Part shown: positions 18,844-29,412 of the stretch, in pieces | Layout of the letters: each line of letters starts with the position of its first letter | How positions within the stretch are numbered: the first letter of the stretch is position 1 | NCBI GenBank assembly: GCA_034669905.1 | Contig: JAXMOL010000002.1 | Location: forward strand, 128,001 to 192,000 | Length of the DNA: 64,000 bases | From: Candidatus Hydrogenedentota bacterium | Lineage (GTDB): Bacteria; Hydrogenedentota; Hydrogenedentia; Hydrogenedentales; JAEUWI01 | Reading direction: 5' to 3' | Notes under the pieces: generated by a model | Seen by the model: the letters and a program-made list of their open reading frames with translations, nothing else | Databases searched by the model: none | Told to the model about the DNA's origin: nothing | Translations under genes and position numbers: made by a program

Positions 18844-20586
18844 TTAATAACCCGCCGCACGCCCATGCTTGCGGGCATCACTCTTGCCGTAGAGGCGTCC
18901 CGCCTTCATCGCGACCACCTGACAGGCCGCCAGATTATCCCGCTGGGTAATCTGGTGGCCTTTTGCGGTAAGGGCCTCCGCTACGGGCGACTGGGCCAAT
19001 CCCGATTCCAGATAAAGCACGTCGGGACTCCACTGATGATGCATCCGGGGCGCGGCAACCGCTGCTTCCGGCAACATGTCGAAACGCGAGCTATTCAGCA
19101 ACACCTGAATCGTGGTGCTGATGATGCGCGGCCCGCCAGATGCCCCCAGCGCGAGTATCGCCTTTCCGTCGCGCACCATAATCGTGGGGGTCATGCTGGA
19201 GAGGGGCTTGTGTCGGGGACCCACGGTATTCGATTCCGACTGCATGAGCCCGAAGACGTTGGGCTCGCCGGGACGGGCGGTGAAGTCATCCATCTCGTTG
19301 TTCAAAACGATGCCATAGGTGGGCTCGACCACCCAACTGCCGAAGGCCGTGTTGATGGTTTCCGTGCAGGCCACCGCATTGCCCGCTGCGTCCATGACGG
19401 CGTAGTGGGTCGTACCGGCATCATCGGGCGTCACCGCCGACCCATAGGCCGAAGGGGACTGGGTCTGGTCCAGGCGGATGCGTCCAGCGATTGCTCGGGC
19501 GTAGGCGGTGCTCGTCAGTCGCTCTACGGGCACGTCGTGAAAGTCGGCGTCCCCCAGAAAGGTGCCTCTGTCCGCGAAGGCGTGCTTCAGGGACTCGGTG
19601 AGCAACTGGAGATACTCCGGCGAATTATGTCCCAGGCCAGAAAGGGGACCCTTCAGGGTGGTGGACTCGAAGGCCGCGAGGATGTTCAAGGTCTCCACCA
19701 GGGCGACGCCGCCACTGGAAGGCGGCGGCATGGAAACAATCTGAACACCTTCGAACCGGGCCGTGATGGGCTTGCGGGTGACCACGTCCATGGTGGCCAG
19801 GTCGGACGGTTGCCATATGCCGCCCTGTGCCGCGACACATTCCACGAGGGCGCGGGCCATGTCCCCCGTGTAAAAGGCCGCGGGGCCTTCGGCCGCCAAC
19901 ACCCGGAGTGCCGCCGCCTGGGGCGAATGAAACGGGTCTCCCACGGCCAGCTTACCTTCCTGCAGATACTCCCTCCAGAGCCCACGGTATTTCACCTGGA
20001 GTGTGGGGTCTTCCTCGAATTCCTTCGCGATGGATCGACGTCCAGCGACCTCATGTTCGTCGAGGGGGACGCCCTCCTCCGCATACCGGAGTGCGGGCGC
20101 AATGACCTCCGCCAGCGGCAGGGTGCCGTAGTGCTTTAAGGCATGACAAAGGCCCGCGACCTGCCCCGGCACACCGATGGCCATCCCGCCCTTCTCGCTG
20201 GACGGAATCGTCCCATCAGGTTGGGCTTTCGTAAACATATCCCGTGTTGCCGCCCCCGGTGCGCGCTCCCGAAAGTCGAGGGTAATGGCTTCGCCTTTAT
20301 CGGCGTCCCAGATAACCATGAAGCCCCCGCCGCCCAAGCCTGCGCTTCCGGGACGTAACACCGACAAGGCAAAACCCGTGGCCACGGCGGCGTCCACCAC
20401 ATTGCCACCCGCCTGCAGCATTTCCACGCCCGCGCGGCTGGCGAGTTCGTGGTCGGCCGCCACGACACCGTGTTCCCAGGCGGTGACGGGGCTTTCGGCG
20501 GCGGCGGGCAAACACGAAAGCCCCATAAGAAGCACCAGGGCGATGGCGCGGTACAGTAAGGGCGGTAGCGAAAAAGACATGGTCAT
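18844..20586 (-). CDS. ggt: Gamma-glutamyltransferase
   Basis: GGNVVDAAVA, GLGGGGF, DFRERAP, PPPSSGG, catalytic TTH, NNEMDDF, PLSSMTP, GGPRII. Confidence 0.96.
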   Translation of the reverse strand: MTMSFSLPPLLYRAIALVLLMGLSCLPAAAESPVTAWEHGVVAADHELASRAGVEMLQAGGNVVDAAVATGFALSVLRPGSAGLGGGGFMVIWDADKGEAITLDFRERAPGAATRDMFTKAQPDGTIPSSEKGGMAIGVPGQVAGLCHALKHYGTLPLAEVIAPALRYAEEGVPLDEHEVAGRRSIAKEFEEDPTLQVKYRGLWREYLQEGKLAVGDPFHSPQAAALRVLAAEGPAAFYTGDMARALVECVAAQGGIWQPSDLATMDVVTRKPITARFEGVQIVSMPPPSSGGVALVETLNILAAFESTTLKGPLSGLGHNSPEYLQLLTESLKHAFADRGTFLGDADFHDVPVERLTSTAYARAIAGRIRLDQTQSPSAYGSAVTPDDAGTTHYAVMDAAGNAVACTETINTAFGSWVVEPTYGIVLNNEMDDFTARPGEPNVFGLMQSESNTVGPRHKPLSSMTPTIMVRDGKAILALGASGGPRIISTTIQVLLNSSRFDMLPEAAVAAPRMHHQWSPDVLYLESGLAQSPVAEALTAKGHQITQRDNLAACQVVAMKAGRLYGKSDARKHGRAAGY

Positions 20587-20678
20587 TGAAAACTCCTTGG
20601 GGAGGTTGGCATGGTCGATCATGGTAGCACAGGCAAACGTGATGACAATGGGCTTCGGCATGGGTTAAGAAACACAAC

Positions 20679-21090
20679 GCTCGTTACACCGGTCCCCCGG
20701 TGTAACGCACTACCCTTCCGGTCCACCGGAAGCAACCCGGCGAAGTGACCGGCGGTCGGCACAAAACGCCCGGCTCGTCTCTCCTTTCGCCTTCGGCGAA
20801 TCGCCGCAGGAGCGGCAAGGTAGGCATTCCCACGGGAGACCGTGGGAACGAGCGAAAAACGGGCGATTGGGAAAGACGACTCTTTGGAGTGCGGCAGCTT
20901 GCTCCCCACCCCTGGAAGCAGGTTTAACCATCGCCCACCGGCCTGTGCCGTGAGCAAGCTCACTCCGTAAGAGCGTAAGCAAGCTTACGCACTCCAAGGG
21001 ATTTACCCGTTTAGTGAGAGGATGGAGTCTATGCTGCTGGGCTCGTTACACCGGCCCTCCGGTGCAACGCACGACCCTTCCGAGCCTCCG
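20679..21090. repeat. REP mosaic: REPIN-like doublet, TGGAGTGC-type element and a half element
   Basis: 20679-20853 matches the 18541-18659 element with an insertion; 20880-21000 is TTGGAGTGCGGCAGCTTGCT...AGCAAGCTTACGCACTCCAA; 21041-21070 is another GCTCGTTACACCGG arm. Confidence 0.85.
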
Positions 21091-21260
21091 GGAGGAATTC
21101 TGCAAGGTACCTGCCCGTCCACCCAAAACACCCGGATAGTCCCACCTTCCGCCTACGGCGCGTCTATGACGCGTGGCAAACAGGGGACCATGGGAAGGAG
21201 TACTAAATTGACGCACACCTTCGCTATTATGAATCCTCAACCTGCTACGAAAGGCTCTCC

Positions 21261-22655
21261 ATGCGAATTACGCTTCTATTATTGGCTTTAGCTGTCATCG
21301 CCCCATCCTTCGTCCCCGCCGCATCCCCCAACATCGTCCTGGTCTTTATCGACGATATGGGCTGGGGCGACTTTTCCGCCTTTGGCAACGAGGCGGTCGA
21401 AACCCAACACATCGACCGGCTGGCCTCCGAAGGGATTCGCTTCGAGCAATTCTATGTGAACTCACCCATCTGCTCGCCGTCACGGACCGCCATATCCACG
21501 GGCCAATATCCTCAGCGCTGGCGCATTGGCTCTTACCTGGCCGCGCGGGAGTTGAATGAGAAGCGGGGCGTTGCCCAATGGCTCGACCCGAAGGCCCCTA
21601 TGCTCGCGCGCATCCTCCACGAAGCGGGTTACGCCACCGGCCACTTCGGCAAGTGGCATATGGGCGGCCAGCGTGACGTGGGCGAAGCGCCCCTCATCAC
21701 CGAATACGGCTTCGACGAATCCCTGACCAATTTCGAAGGGCTCGGCCCCCGCGTCTTGCCCTTGTGCAACGCCTTCGACGGGAAGCCCCTGAAACGCCAC
21801 GACCTCGGCTCGGCGAAACTGGGCCGCGGCCCCATCCAGTGGGAAGACCGGGCGGCTATCACCCAGACCTTTACCCAAGCCGCACTGGGCTTCATCAAAA
21901 AGGCGGAATCGGCGGGAAAGCCCTTCTACGTCAATGTCTGGCCCGATGATGTCCATTCGCCCTTCTATCCGCCCGAAGCGCGGCGGGGTGACGGCAAAAA
22001 GCGAAGCCTCTACCACGGCGTCCTCGACACCATGGACGAACAGCTCGGCGAACTTTTCGACTACATCCGCAACAGCGAGACGCTCCGGGACAACACCCTC
22101 ATCCTCGTCTGTTCCGACAACGGCCCCGAGCAGGGTGCCGGTTCGGCGGGTCCCTTCCGGGGATTGAAGACCATGCTCTACGAAGGGGGTATCCGCTCGC
22201 CCCTCATTGCCTGGGGCCCGGGGCTGGTGAAGGGCGCGGGGACCGTCAATGAGCGCTCCTTCTTTTCTGCCATCGACCTTGTGCCCACCGTGCTCGATGT
22301 GGTCCAGGTGCCCATACCCGACGCAATCGACTTTGATGGCGAGGCGCTCTCCGGCGTATTGACGGGCACGTCGACCGCCTCCCGAAAGGAGCCTCTCTTT
22401 TTCCGCCGTCCCCCCGACCGGGATGCCTACTACGGTGTGGCCGACCTGCCCGATCTCGCGGTGCGGGAGGGCAAATGGAAATTGCTCTGTGAATACGACG
22501 GGAGTCAGCCGGAACTCTATGACCTGGAATCGGACCGGGAAGAGCGCAACAACGTGGCAGCCGAGCACCCGGAAGTCGTGACCCGCCTGACCGAGGCCGT
22601 CGTGTCGTGGCACGAGGCCATGCCACAGGACCACGGCGCCACCTTTAAAAAGTAG
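21261..22655 (+). CDS. Sulfatase (S1), secreted
   Basis: PNIVLVFIDDMG, CSPSRTAISTG, GKWHMG, SDNGP, EGGIRSP. Confidence 0.95.
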   Translation: MRITLLLLALAVIAPSFVPAASPNIVLVFIDDMGWGDFSAFGNEAVETQHIDRLASEGIRFEQFYVNSPICSPSRTAISTGQYPQRWRIGSYLAARELNEKRGVAQWLDPKAPMLARILHEAGYATGHFGKWHMGGQRDVGEAPLITEYGFDESLTNFEGLGPRVLPLCNAFDGKPLKRHDLGSAKLGRGPIQWEDRAAITQTFTQAALGFIKKAESAGKPFYVNVWPDDVHSPFYPPEARRGDGKKRSLYHGVLDTMDEQLGELFDYIRNSETLRDNTLILVCSDNGPEQGAGSAGPFRGLKTMLYEGGIRSPLIAWGPGLVKGAGTVNERSFFSAIDLVPTVLDVVQVPIPDAIDFDGEALSGVLTGTSTASRKEPLFFRRPPDRDAYYGVADLPDLAVREGKWKLLCEYDGSQPELYDLESDREERNNVAAEHPEVVTRLTEAVVSWHEAMPQDHGATFKK

Positions 22656-22942
22656 CCACGTCGTAGCAGTGGCGGGTACACGTCCGTTCACCCTGGACGT
22701 GCCGCGCGATCGCGCTTCGGGTGCGACGGAGTCGCGCCAAAACGCGTTCGTGCGCTCTTGGGTCATCTAGCCGGGGTGTCCTACCCAATCACTCAATTCG
22801 CCAATCGATGAGAGCGCAGAAATCACGAGGCCCATGCCCGCAATCACGCACGAACCCGTCAGACTCGTTGACACTCGCCTTTTGGGGATCGCGCGGCACG
22901 GTGATTCCAACCGGCTCGGGACCCTCAAGCGCGAGAAGCCGG

Positions 22943-24133
22943 TTAAGGCAACTCACCCATCGCCTTGTTAATCAACACCCGCTCGCGCGCGGCGTCCGAC
23001 GTAAAACGCCCTGCCATGATGTCTTCCTCCGTAAAGACCGCCATGAGAATATCCCGCTCCTTGTAGCGGCTGTAATCGTAGATGAGGTAGATGCGACCAT
23101 CCTTGGTTTCGACGCCATCCGGATAAGAAACCCCGCTCCGCTCGTCGACCATGAGTCCCCCCTCCCACGTGGCACCATCGTCGCCCGACAGAAAAGCCGT
23201 CAGGTGCGACCGGGTCTTACCGTCCGGCGGATTGTGGCGCACAAAGAGCAGTTTTCCCGAGGCCAGCCGCCGCAGGAAAAAGCGGGCGGACGGCAAGGGC
23301 GAGAAGGCCGCCGGGTTCGTTTCACCCCAGGTCTGGCCGCCGTCCTTGGAAACAGCCTGACCAATACCACGGCCCGTGCGCAGCAACATCCAGAGGCTGC
23401 CATCGCCCCGCTCGACGACCATGTGTTCGTCAAAGGCCGGGCTGGACATACGGGCGCCACCATAACGCGTCCACGTACCGCCCTGGTCCCGGGAGCCCAC
23501 CACATTGGCCCCCGCCTCTTCTGTCAGATGAAAGGCATGGTCTGGATTGGGCGCAACACGCCACAGGGCCGCCGGGAGAAGCCAGGCCCCTGTCGACGTC
23601 ACCGTCGGCTTATTCATCAACACCCCATTACACAAGCGACGGGGCGCGGACCACTCGGGGTCTTCCTCCCCGGGGCTTTCGGTCACCATGGCCCATACAC
23701 CCGCACGGCCATCCCAGATATTACTGACAGCCGTGGGGTTCTTATCGCCGCCATAGCCCTGCGACCAGAACAGCCAGAGCCGTCCCAGGGGATCAATCCA
23801 TAAGGCCGGGTCGAAGGCACGGACGATACCGTCAGGGTGAACGATACGTTTCTGGGTCCAGGTTTGGCCGTCATCGTCGCTCGTGTAGAGCAAGACATAG
23901 TTCCAAATACCCTCCGTAGGGCCGCCGCTATACCACGTGGCCCAGAGACGTCCGTTTTCCGCCCGCTCGATACCGGGGATGCCTTGCCAGATTCGCGCCT
24001 CGTCGGCGTATTCCGGGCCCGGGTCCACGATGACCTTTGGCGGGTCCAACGCGGGGTCTCCCTCCGGAACGGCAGCCGGCACAAGGATCAGGGCGAGGGT
24101 ATAGAATAGGGCGTTCATTGGCTTCAACTCCAT
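22943..24133 (-). CDS. BNR/Asp-box sialidase-family protein, secreted
   Basis: WQGIPGI, SDDDGQTW, SRDQGGTW, SKDGGQTW, SGDDGATW, VSYPD. Confidence 0.9.
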   Translation of the reverse strand: MELKPMNALFYTLALILVPAAVPEGDPALDPPKVIVDPGPEYADEARIWQGIPGIERAENGRLWATWYSGGPTEGIWNYVLLYTSDDDGQTWTQKRIVHPDGIVRAFDPALWIDPLGRLWLFWSQGYGGDKNPTAVSNIWDGRAGVWAMVTESPGEEDPEWSAPRRLCNGVLMNKPTVTSTGAWLLPAALWRVAPNPDHAFHLTEEAGANVVGSRDQGGTWTRYGGARMSSPAFDEHMVVERGDGSLWMLLRTGRGIGQAVSKDGGQTWGETNPAAFSPLPSARFFLRRLASGKLLFVRHNPPDGKTRSHLTAFLSGDDGATWEGGLMVDERSGVSYPDGVETKDGRIYLIYDYSRYKERDILMAVFTEEDIMAGRFTSDAARERVLINKAMGELP

Positions 24134-24388
24134 GGTCGTGACAAAAGCAGTACCGCATTCTACACCGGATCTGGTCGCGGGACAATCGAACGAAGCACGG
24201 GTGCCACCCTCAAGCGGAGGAGCAAAGCGGGGGAAGCTTGTGGGTGGGCGTCTGGAAGCCCGCCTGAGCCCCGCTCAGCGAGCGCTGGTCCCACCCTCCC
24301 GCATCCAGCCCATTGACTCCCGACACAGATCCGCCCTACACTTTCATTGAGTTCTAAACCCAACCCCACCAAGTGAAAGTGTATCATC

Positions 24389-26263
24389 ATGACCGGGCGT
24401 ATGCTCTCTATCCTTCTCACCCTCGTCGCCACCCACGTGATGGCCGCCGAAGGGCCCAACATCCTCTGGCTTTCCGTCGAGGACATCAGCCCCCACCTCG
24501 GCTGCTATGGGTATCCCAACGCCAAGACACCCACACTCGACACCCTGGCCACCGAGGGCACCCGCTACACCCACGCCTATAGCACAGCGGGCGTCTGCGC
24601 GCCCAGCCGCTCGGCCATCATCACGGGCATGTATCAGACCACCCTGGGCACCCAGCATATGCGGGCCAAGGCCCAACTCCCCGAGCACATCCAACCCTTC
24701 ACCATCCCCCTGCGCGAAGCGGGCTATTATTGCACCAACAACTCGAAAACGGACTACCAGTTCGACGCCCCCAAAGGAACCTGGGACGAATCGAGCAAGT
24801 CTGCCCACTGGAAGAACCGACCCAAAGACCAGCCCTTCTTCGCCGTATTTAACTATACCGGGTGCCACGAATCGGGCATTGCCAACACGCAGAAATATCA
24901 AACGGTCACCGAAGGCCTTACGCCCATCAAGCGCAACGTGGCCGCCGAATCTCTCCCGCCCTACTACCCCGACACGCCCACCGTGCGGGAAGATTGGGGC
25001 CGCTATTACGATATCATTACGGCCATGGACCGATGGGTCGCCGGGCACCTGAAGGCCCTGGACGATGCCGGACTCGCCGACGACACCATCGTCATCTATT
25101 GGTCGGATCATGGCGTGGGACTGCCCCGGGCGAAGCGCTGGCTCTATGAATCGGGCACCCACGTGCCCCTTATCGTGCGCATCCCTCCAAAGTATCGCAC
25201 CGGCACACAGGCCATTCCCGGCACCGTATCCGACCAGCTCATCAGCCTCATGGATCTGGGCCCTACCACCTTGAATCTCGCCGGAGTGACCGTGCCCAAC
25301 CACATGCAGGGACAGCCCTTCCTCGGGAAAAAACTCCCCGCACCCCGCACCTACATCTATGGCGCACGGGACCGGATGGACGAACGCTATGACATCATCC
25401 GCATGGTGCGCGGCAAACGTTTCCGCTACATCCGCAACTACGAACCTTTCAAGCCCTATTACCAATACATGAACACCCCCGAGAAGGGACAGACCATGAA
25501 GGCCATCCGCGCGGCCGAGGCCAACGGCACCGCCACGCCTGCCCTGGCCCTGAACCTCCAGCCCGGAAAGCCCATGGAGGAACTCTATGACGTGAACGCC
25601 GATCCCCACGAGATTCGTAACCTCGCGAAGGACCCAGACCACCAGAAGACCTTGAAGCGCCTGCGACAGGCTCACCTCGACTGGGTGCTGGAAACCCGCG
25701 ACGTGGGCCTCATCCCCGAGCCAGATATTGCGGAGCGTGCCGACGAACTCGGCAGTGCCTGGGCCATCCTTAATGGCGAAAACGGCGCAGCGCTCATGGA
25801 ACGGGTCCGCGATGCCGCCTCCCTCGCCCTGGCGGGACCGGAAAAAATGCCCGACATGATCGCCGCGCTGGGCGATGGAGATGCAGCCGTCCGCTATTGG
25901 GCCGCCACGGCCCTGGGCAATCAGGGCGCTGCTGCGAAACCCGCCCATGATGCCCTGGTAAAGACGCTGGCGGATACCTCAGCCGTCGTGCGGGTTGCGT
26001 CGGCACGGGCCCTGGCACGGATGGGCGACGTGGAGCCGGCCCTGCCCGTCTTAACCGAAGTGCTCGACAACGGCACCCAATGGGCACGGGTTCATGCCGC
26101 CATCGTGTTGGATGAAATGGATGAAGCCGCCCGGCCCGCCCTCGCCGCCATGGAGCGGAACAAAGCCTACCGGAAAGGCCTGGTCGCCGATGGCAAATAC
26201 ACCGTGCGCGTGTTAAACCGTGCGCTCAACGAACTACAGGGCACCAACAACGCGGTGAAATAG
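24389..26263 (+). CDS. Sulfatase with C-terminal HEAT repeats
   Basis: PNILWLSVED, CAPSRSAIITG, SDHG; C-terminal DAAVRYWAATALG and SAVVRVASARAL repeats. Confidence 0.94.
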   Translation: MTGRMLSILLTLVATHVMAAEGPNILWLSVEDISPHLGCYGYPNAKTPTLDTLATEGTRYTHAYSTAGVCAPSRSAIITGMYQTTLGTQHMRAKAQLPEHIQPFTIPLREAGYYCTNNSKTDYQFDAPKGTWDESSKSAHWKNRPKDQPFFAVFNYTGCHESGIANTQKYQTVTEGLTPIKRNVAAESLPPYYPDTPTVREDWGRYYDIITAMDRWVAGHLKALDDAGLADDTIVIYWSDHGVGLPRAKRWLYESGTHVPLIVRIPPKYRTGTQAIPGTVSDQLISLMDLGPTTLNLAGVTVPNHMQGQPFLGKKLPAPRTYIYGARDRMDERYDIIRMVRGKRFRYIRNYEPFKPYYQYMNTPEKGQTMKAIRAAEANGTATPALALNLQPGKPMEELYDVNADPHEIRNLAKDPDHQKTLKRLRQAHLDWVLETRDVGLIPEPDIAERADELGSAWAILNGENGAALMERVRDAASLALAGPEKMPDMIAALGDGDAAVRYWAATALGNQGAAAKPAHDALVKTLADTSAVVRVASARALARMGDVEPALPVLTEVLDNGTQWARVHAAIVLDEMDEAARPALAAMERNKAYRKGLVADGKYTVRVLNRALNELQGTNNAVK

Positions 26264-26367
26264 GGGACGCCTGTTTTCTACCACGGAAGGCAGGAGGACG
26301 ATAAGGGTGCCACGGGAAAGCGCTCGGCTTGCCCGTGCGGATTGGCGTCTACGTCGTCTCCATTCCG

Positions 26368-26712
26368 CTAGTCTTTTCGGAGCATCTCGGACGACTCCAG
26401 AATGCGCGTTGCAATGGCATTGAGGCTCTCATTAGACGCACTGGCCGACTCGGCAAGACGTCGGTGTAATTCGGGAGATACGCGCAACACGAATTTCCCG
26501 GAGTACGGCTTATTCGGCTCTTTGCCAATACGCTCGCAATGGTTCAGATAGACCTCCACCGAGTCCCGAAAGGCTTCATGTAACTCCTCAATGGAGCGCC
26601 CCTGAAAATGTATGGTGTCGCGAATATTTGTCACCACACCAAAAAACGAGTCATCCTCCTGATCATATTCCAATCGGGCCTCATATCCCTTATAGCTCAG
26701 ATGGTCTTTCAT
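26368..26712 (-). CDS. hicB: HicB antitoxin
   Basis: YKGYEARLEYD...FQGRSIEELHEAFRDSVEVYL...KPYSGKFVLRVSPELHRRL (RHH). Confidence 0.93.
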   Translation of the reverse strand: MKDHLSYKGYEARLEYDQEDDSFFGVVTNIRDTIHFQGRSIEELHEAFRDSVEVYLNHCERIGKEPNKPYSGKFVLRVSPELHRRLAESASASNESLNAIATRILESSEMLRKD

Positions 26713-26963
26713 AGTTCTACTCCAACTTCGTTCAAGAACCTTCGCACCGCCACCGCCACACCCCGACGTATGGTGGGTTGCGGATGGGGACGGTGGAACA
26801 CCGCCACATGCTCACCCATCGTTACCGTAACCCGTGAGCCTGCACCCTCATCGAGCACCGCACCCAACCCCACGAACAGGGACTCCACGTCGGCCCAACG
26901 GATATTGTTGCCCGCCTCTCCATGCATTATTCGCTGGAGGGTTTTTCGTTGCTTGTTATTCAC
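26709..26963 (-). CDS. hicA: HicA toxin
   Basis: KQRKTL...IRWADVESLF...EGAGSRV...FHRPHP; ATAG overlap with hicB. Confidence 0.92.
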   Translation of the reverse strand: MNNKQRKTLQRIMHGEAGNNIRWADVESLFVGLGAVLDEGAGSRVTVTMGEHVAVFHRPHPQPTIRRGVAVAVRRFLNEVGVEL

Positions 26964-26969
26964 CCGTTC

Positions 26970-26998
26970 ATAATACTATCTCTAGTACCATTCGTCAA
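26970..26998 (-). promoter_or_regulatory. hicAB promoter with a palindromic operator
   Basis: TTGACG-N17-TATTAT on the minus strand; TACTA-N4-TAGTA palindrome at 26974-26987 in the spacer. Confidence 0.75.
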
Positions 26999-27106
26999 TC
27001 GCTGGCGGCTGCTGGCGCGACTTTGTTAAACCCTCGTTCCTACGCCCCCTGCAGGAACGAGGTGGGCTGATTCCAAGAGTCGTCTACAAACCCGAAAGCG
27101 ACTGAA

Positions 27107-27135
27107 TTGACACGACGCACGTCGGTTACTAGACT
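27107..27135 (+). promoter_or_regulatory. sigma70 promoter of the sulfatase gene
   Basis: TTGACA-N17-TAGACT, followed by an AGGAGG RBS before TTG 27169. Confidence 0.65.
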
Positions 27136-27168
27136 GCTCTGGAAGCCAACTTTCAGGAGGATTCCATC

Positions 27169-28605
27169 TTGTTATTTTCTGCACGCCTGCTTGCCCTCAC
27201 ATTCTCCTTCGTCAGCCTCGCCTGTATCGCGCACGCTGCGCCGCCCAACATCGTGCTCATTGTGTCCGACGACCAGGGCTACAACGACCTGGGCCATGTC
27301 AGTGGCGAGATCTTCACGCCCCACCTCGATCGCCTTGCTGCCGAAGGCGTGCGCCTCACTGACTTCTACGTTTCCTGGCCTGCCTGCACCCCCTCGCGGG
27401 GGAGCATCCTCACCGGCCGCTATCCCCAGCGCAATGGCCTCTACGACATGATTCGTAACGACGTGGCCGACTTTGGAAAAAAAATATCCACCGCCGATTA
27501 TCCCTATACGCCCGAGCGCATCCTGGGCATGGACACCCGGGAAGTGGGCATCGCCGAAGTACTGAGCGACGCCGGATACCGCTGTGGGGTCTTTGGCAAG
27601 TGGGACGGCGGTCAGCTTAAGCGCTACCTCCCCCTCCAACGGGGCTTCCACGATTTTTATGGATTCACCAACACGGGCATTGACTACTACACCCACGAGC
27701 GTTACGGCACGCCCTCCATGTATCGCAACAACACGCCCACCACGAAAGACAAGGGTGAATACGCCACCGACCTCTTCGAACGGGAGGCCCTCCGCTTCAT
27801 CGAAGCAAACAAAGCCCGCCCCTTTTTCCTCTACGTACCCTTCAACGCACCCCACGGCTCTTCCAACTTAGACCCGGCCATTCGGGGCACCGTGCAGGCC
27901 CCCGATGCATACCGGGCAAGATACCCGGACCTTCTGGCGGAAGCAGGCCTGGAACCGGGCAAGCGTTACGGCAAAGAGGCCATGGTGCCCAACAAGGCCG
28001 AGCGCGTGCTGGGTTACAAGGCGGCCACCACCTGTATGGATGAGTCCATTGGCGCCATCCTCGATGCCCTGGACAAAAACAACCTGGCCGAAAACACCAT
28101 CGTGATCTTCTTCTCCGACAACGGCGGCAGCGGCAGTGCGGACAACCGCCCCTTGAATGGACGAAAGGGTCAGGTCCTCGAAGGGGGCATTCGCGTGCCC
28201 TGTATCATCCGCTGGACCGGCGTTACCAAACCCGGCACGGTCTCCGACGCCTTCCTCACCTCCCTCGAACTTTTCCCCACCCTATGCGCTGCCACGGGCA
28301 CCCCGACACCGGCGGGGGTAGTCCTCGATGGCTACGACATGGCCCCCGTGCTGGCCGGTGCCCCCTCGCCCCGTACGGAAATGTTCTGGCAGCGTCGCGC
28401 CGAAAAAGCGGCCCGTGTCGGACAATGGAAATGGGTGAAGGCCCGACGGGGTTCCGGACTCTACGATCTCGCCACCGACATCGGTGAACGCCATGACCTC
28501 TCCAAAGAGAAACCCGAGGTCCTGAAAATGGTCCAGGAGAAATTCGCCACCTGGCGGGCCACCATGGACGCCACCGAGCCCCGGGGACCCTTTCGGGATT
28601 ATTGA
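27169..28605 (+). CDS. Sulfatase (S1), secreted
   Basis: PNIVLIVSDDQG, CTPSRGSILTG, GKWDGG, SDNGG, EGGIRVP. Confidence 0.95.
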   Translation: MLFSARLLALTFSFVSLACIAHAAPPNIVLIVSDDQGYNDLGHVSGEIFTPHLDRLAAEGVRLTDFYVSWPACTPSRGSILTGRYPQRNGLYDMIRNDVADFGKKISTADYPYTPERILGMDTREVGIAEVLSDAGYRCGVFGKWDGGQLKRYLPLQRGFHDFYGFTNTGIDYYTHERYGTPSMYRNNTPTTKDKGEYATDLFEREALRFIEANKARPFFLYVPFNAPHGSSNLDPAIRGTVQAPDAYRARYPDLLAEAGLEPGKRYGKEAMVPNKAERVLGYKAATTCMDESIGAILDALDKNNLAENTIVIFFSDNGGSGSADNRPLNGRKGQVLEGGIRVPCIIRWTGVTKPGTVSDAFLTSLELFPTLCAATGTPTPAGVVLDGYDMAPVLAGAPSPRTEMFWQRRAEKAARVGQWKWVKARRGSGLYDLATDIGERHDLSKEKPEVLKMVQEKFATWRATMDATEPRGPFRDY

Positions 28606-28680
28606 GGAGTGCCACGGGGAGCAAGTTACAACAAGACAAAGTACGTGGGATAGGCGTCCCGCCTGTCATGGCGCGACGCA

Positions 28681-29391
28681 ACACTTACCAAGTCGACGCA
28701 CACCAAATCCCACCACGCCCTGGAGTGCGTAAGCTTGCTTACGCTCTTATGAAGCAAGCTTGCTTGCGGCCCTGCCCATAGCACCCGGAACTCCTCGCCC
28801 TTCCACCGGCAGCAAGCTGCCTCAACAGGGCGGCAGCAAGCTGCCACACTCCAAAGAGTCACCCCCTAACGCGGAGAGCGGTCCCAAATAGAAACAGGGC
28901 CACTGGAATCCCAGTGGCCCTGCCCGTGGCACCCAACCGGTGTCGATGGCAGATCGCAAACATCCTGTAAAAGATGTAAAGACGGGAGCCGCCCGTAACG
29001 TGGCGACTCCCCACGAATTCGTTAGCTCTTACTCGTTACCACGGTCCTCCGTGGTAATGCCTATGGTTCCGCTCCTGCGGGACGGGGGGGGAGCATCGTG
29101 GGTGTAGGTCCGATAGGGTGGTCGGCATGCCCTTTCGCCTACGGCGTTGCCGCAGTAGCGGCAAGGTATGTAACACTTACCAAGTCGACGCACACCAAAT
29201 CCCACCACGCCCTGGAGTGCGTAAGCTTGCTTACGCTCTTATGAAGCAAGCTTGATTGCGGCCCTGCCCACAGCACCCGGAACTCCTCGCCCTTCCACCG
29301 GGAGCAAGCTCCCACACTCCAAAGAGTCACCCCCTAACGCGGAGAGCGGTCCCAAATAGAAACAGGGCCACTGGAATCCCAGTGACCCTGC
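28681..29391. repeat. Direct duplication (~220-245 bp) of a TGGAGTGC-type REP element plus terminator, with an inverted REP between the copies
   Basis: 28681-28923 matches 29173-29391, the second copy having a ~24-bp deletion; CTCGTTACCACGGTCCTCCGTGGTAATGC at 29032-29060. Confidence 0.9.
29356..29390 (-). terminator. Intrinsic terminator of the acetylesterase gene
   Basis: CAGGGTCACTGG-GATT-CCAGTGGCCCTG then TTTCTATTT on the minus strand. Confidence 0.65.
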
Positions 29392-29412
29392 ATCAACGCA
29401 TCAAAAACAGAT

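Noticed and set aside
22721..23803. 360-aa plus-strand ORF
   Set aside because: Antisense to the Asp-box gene, Arg-rich, no motifs.
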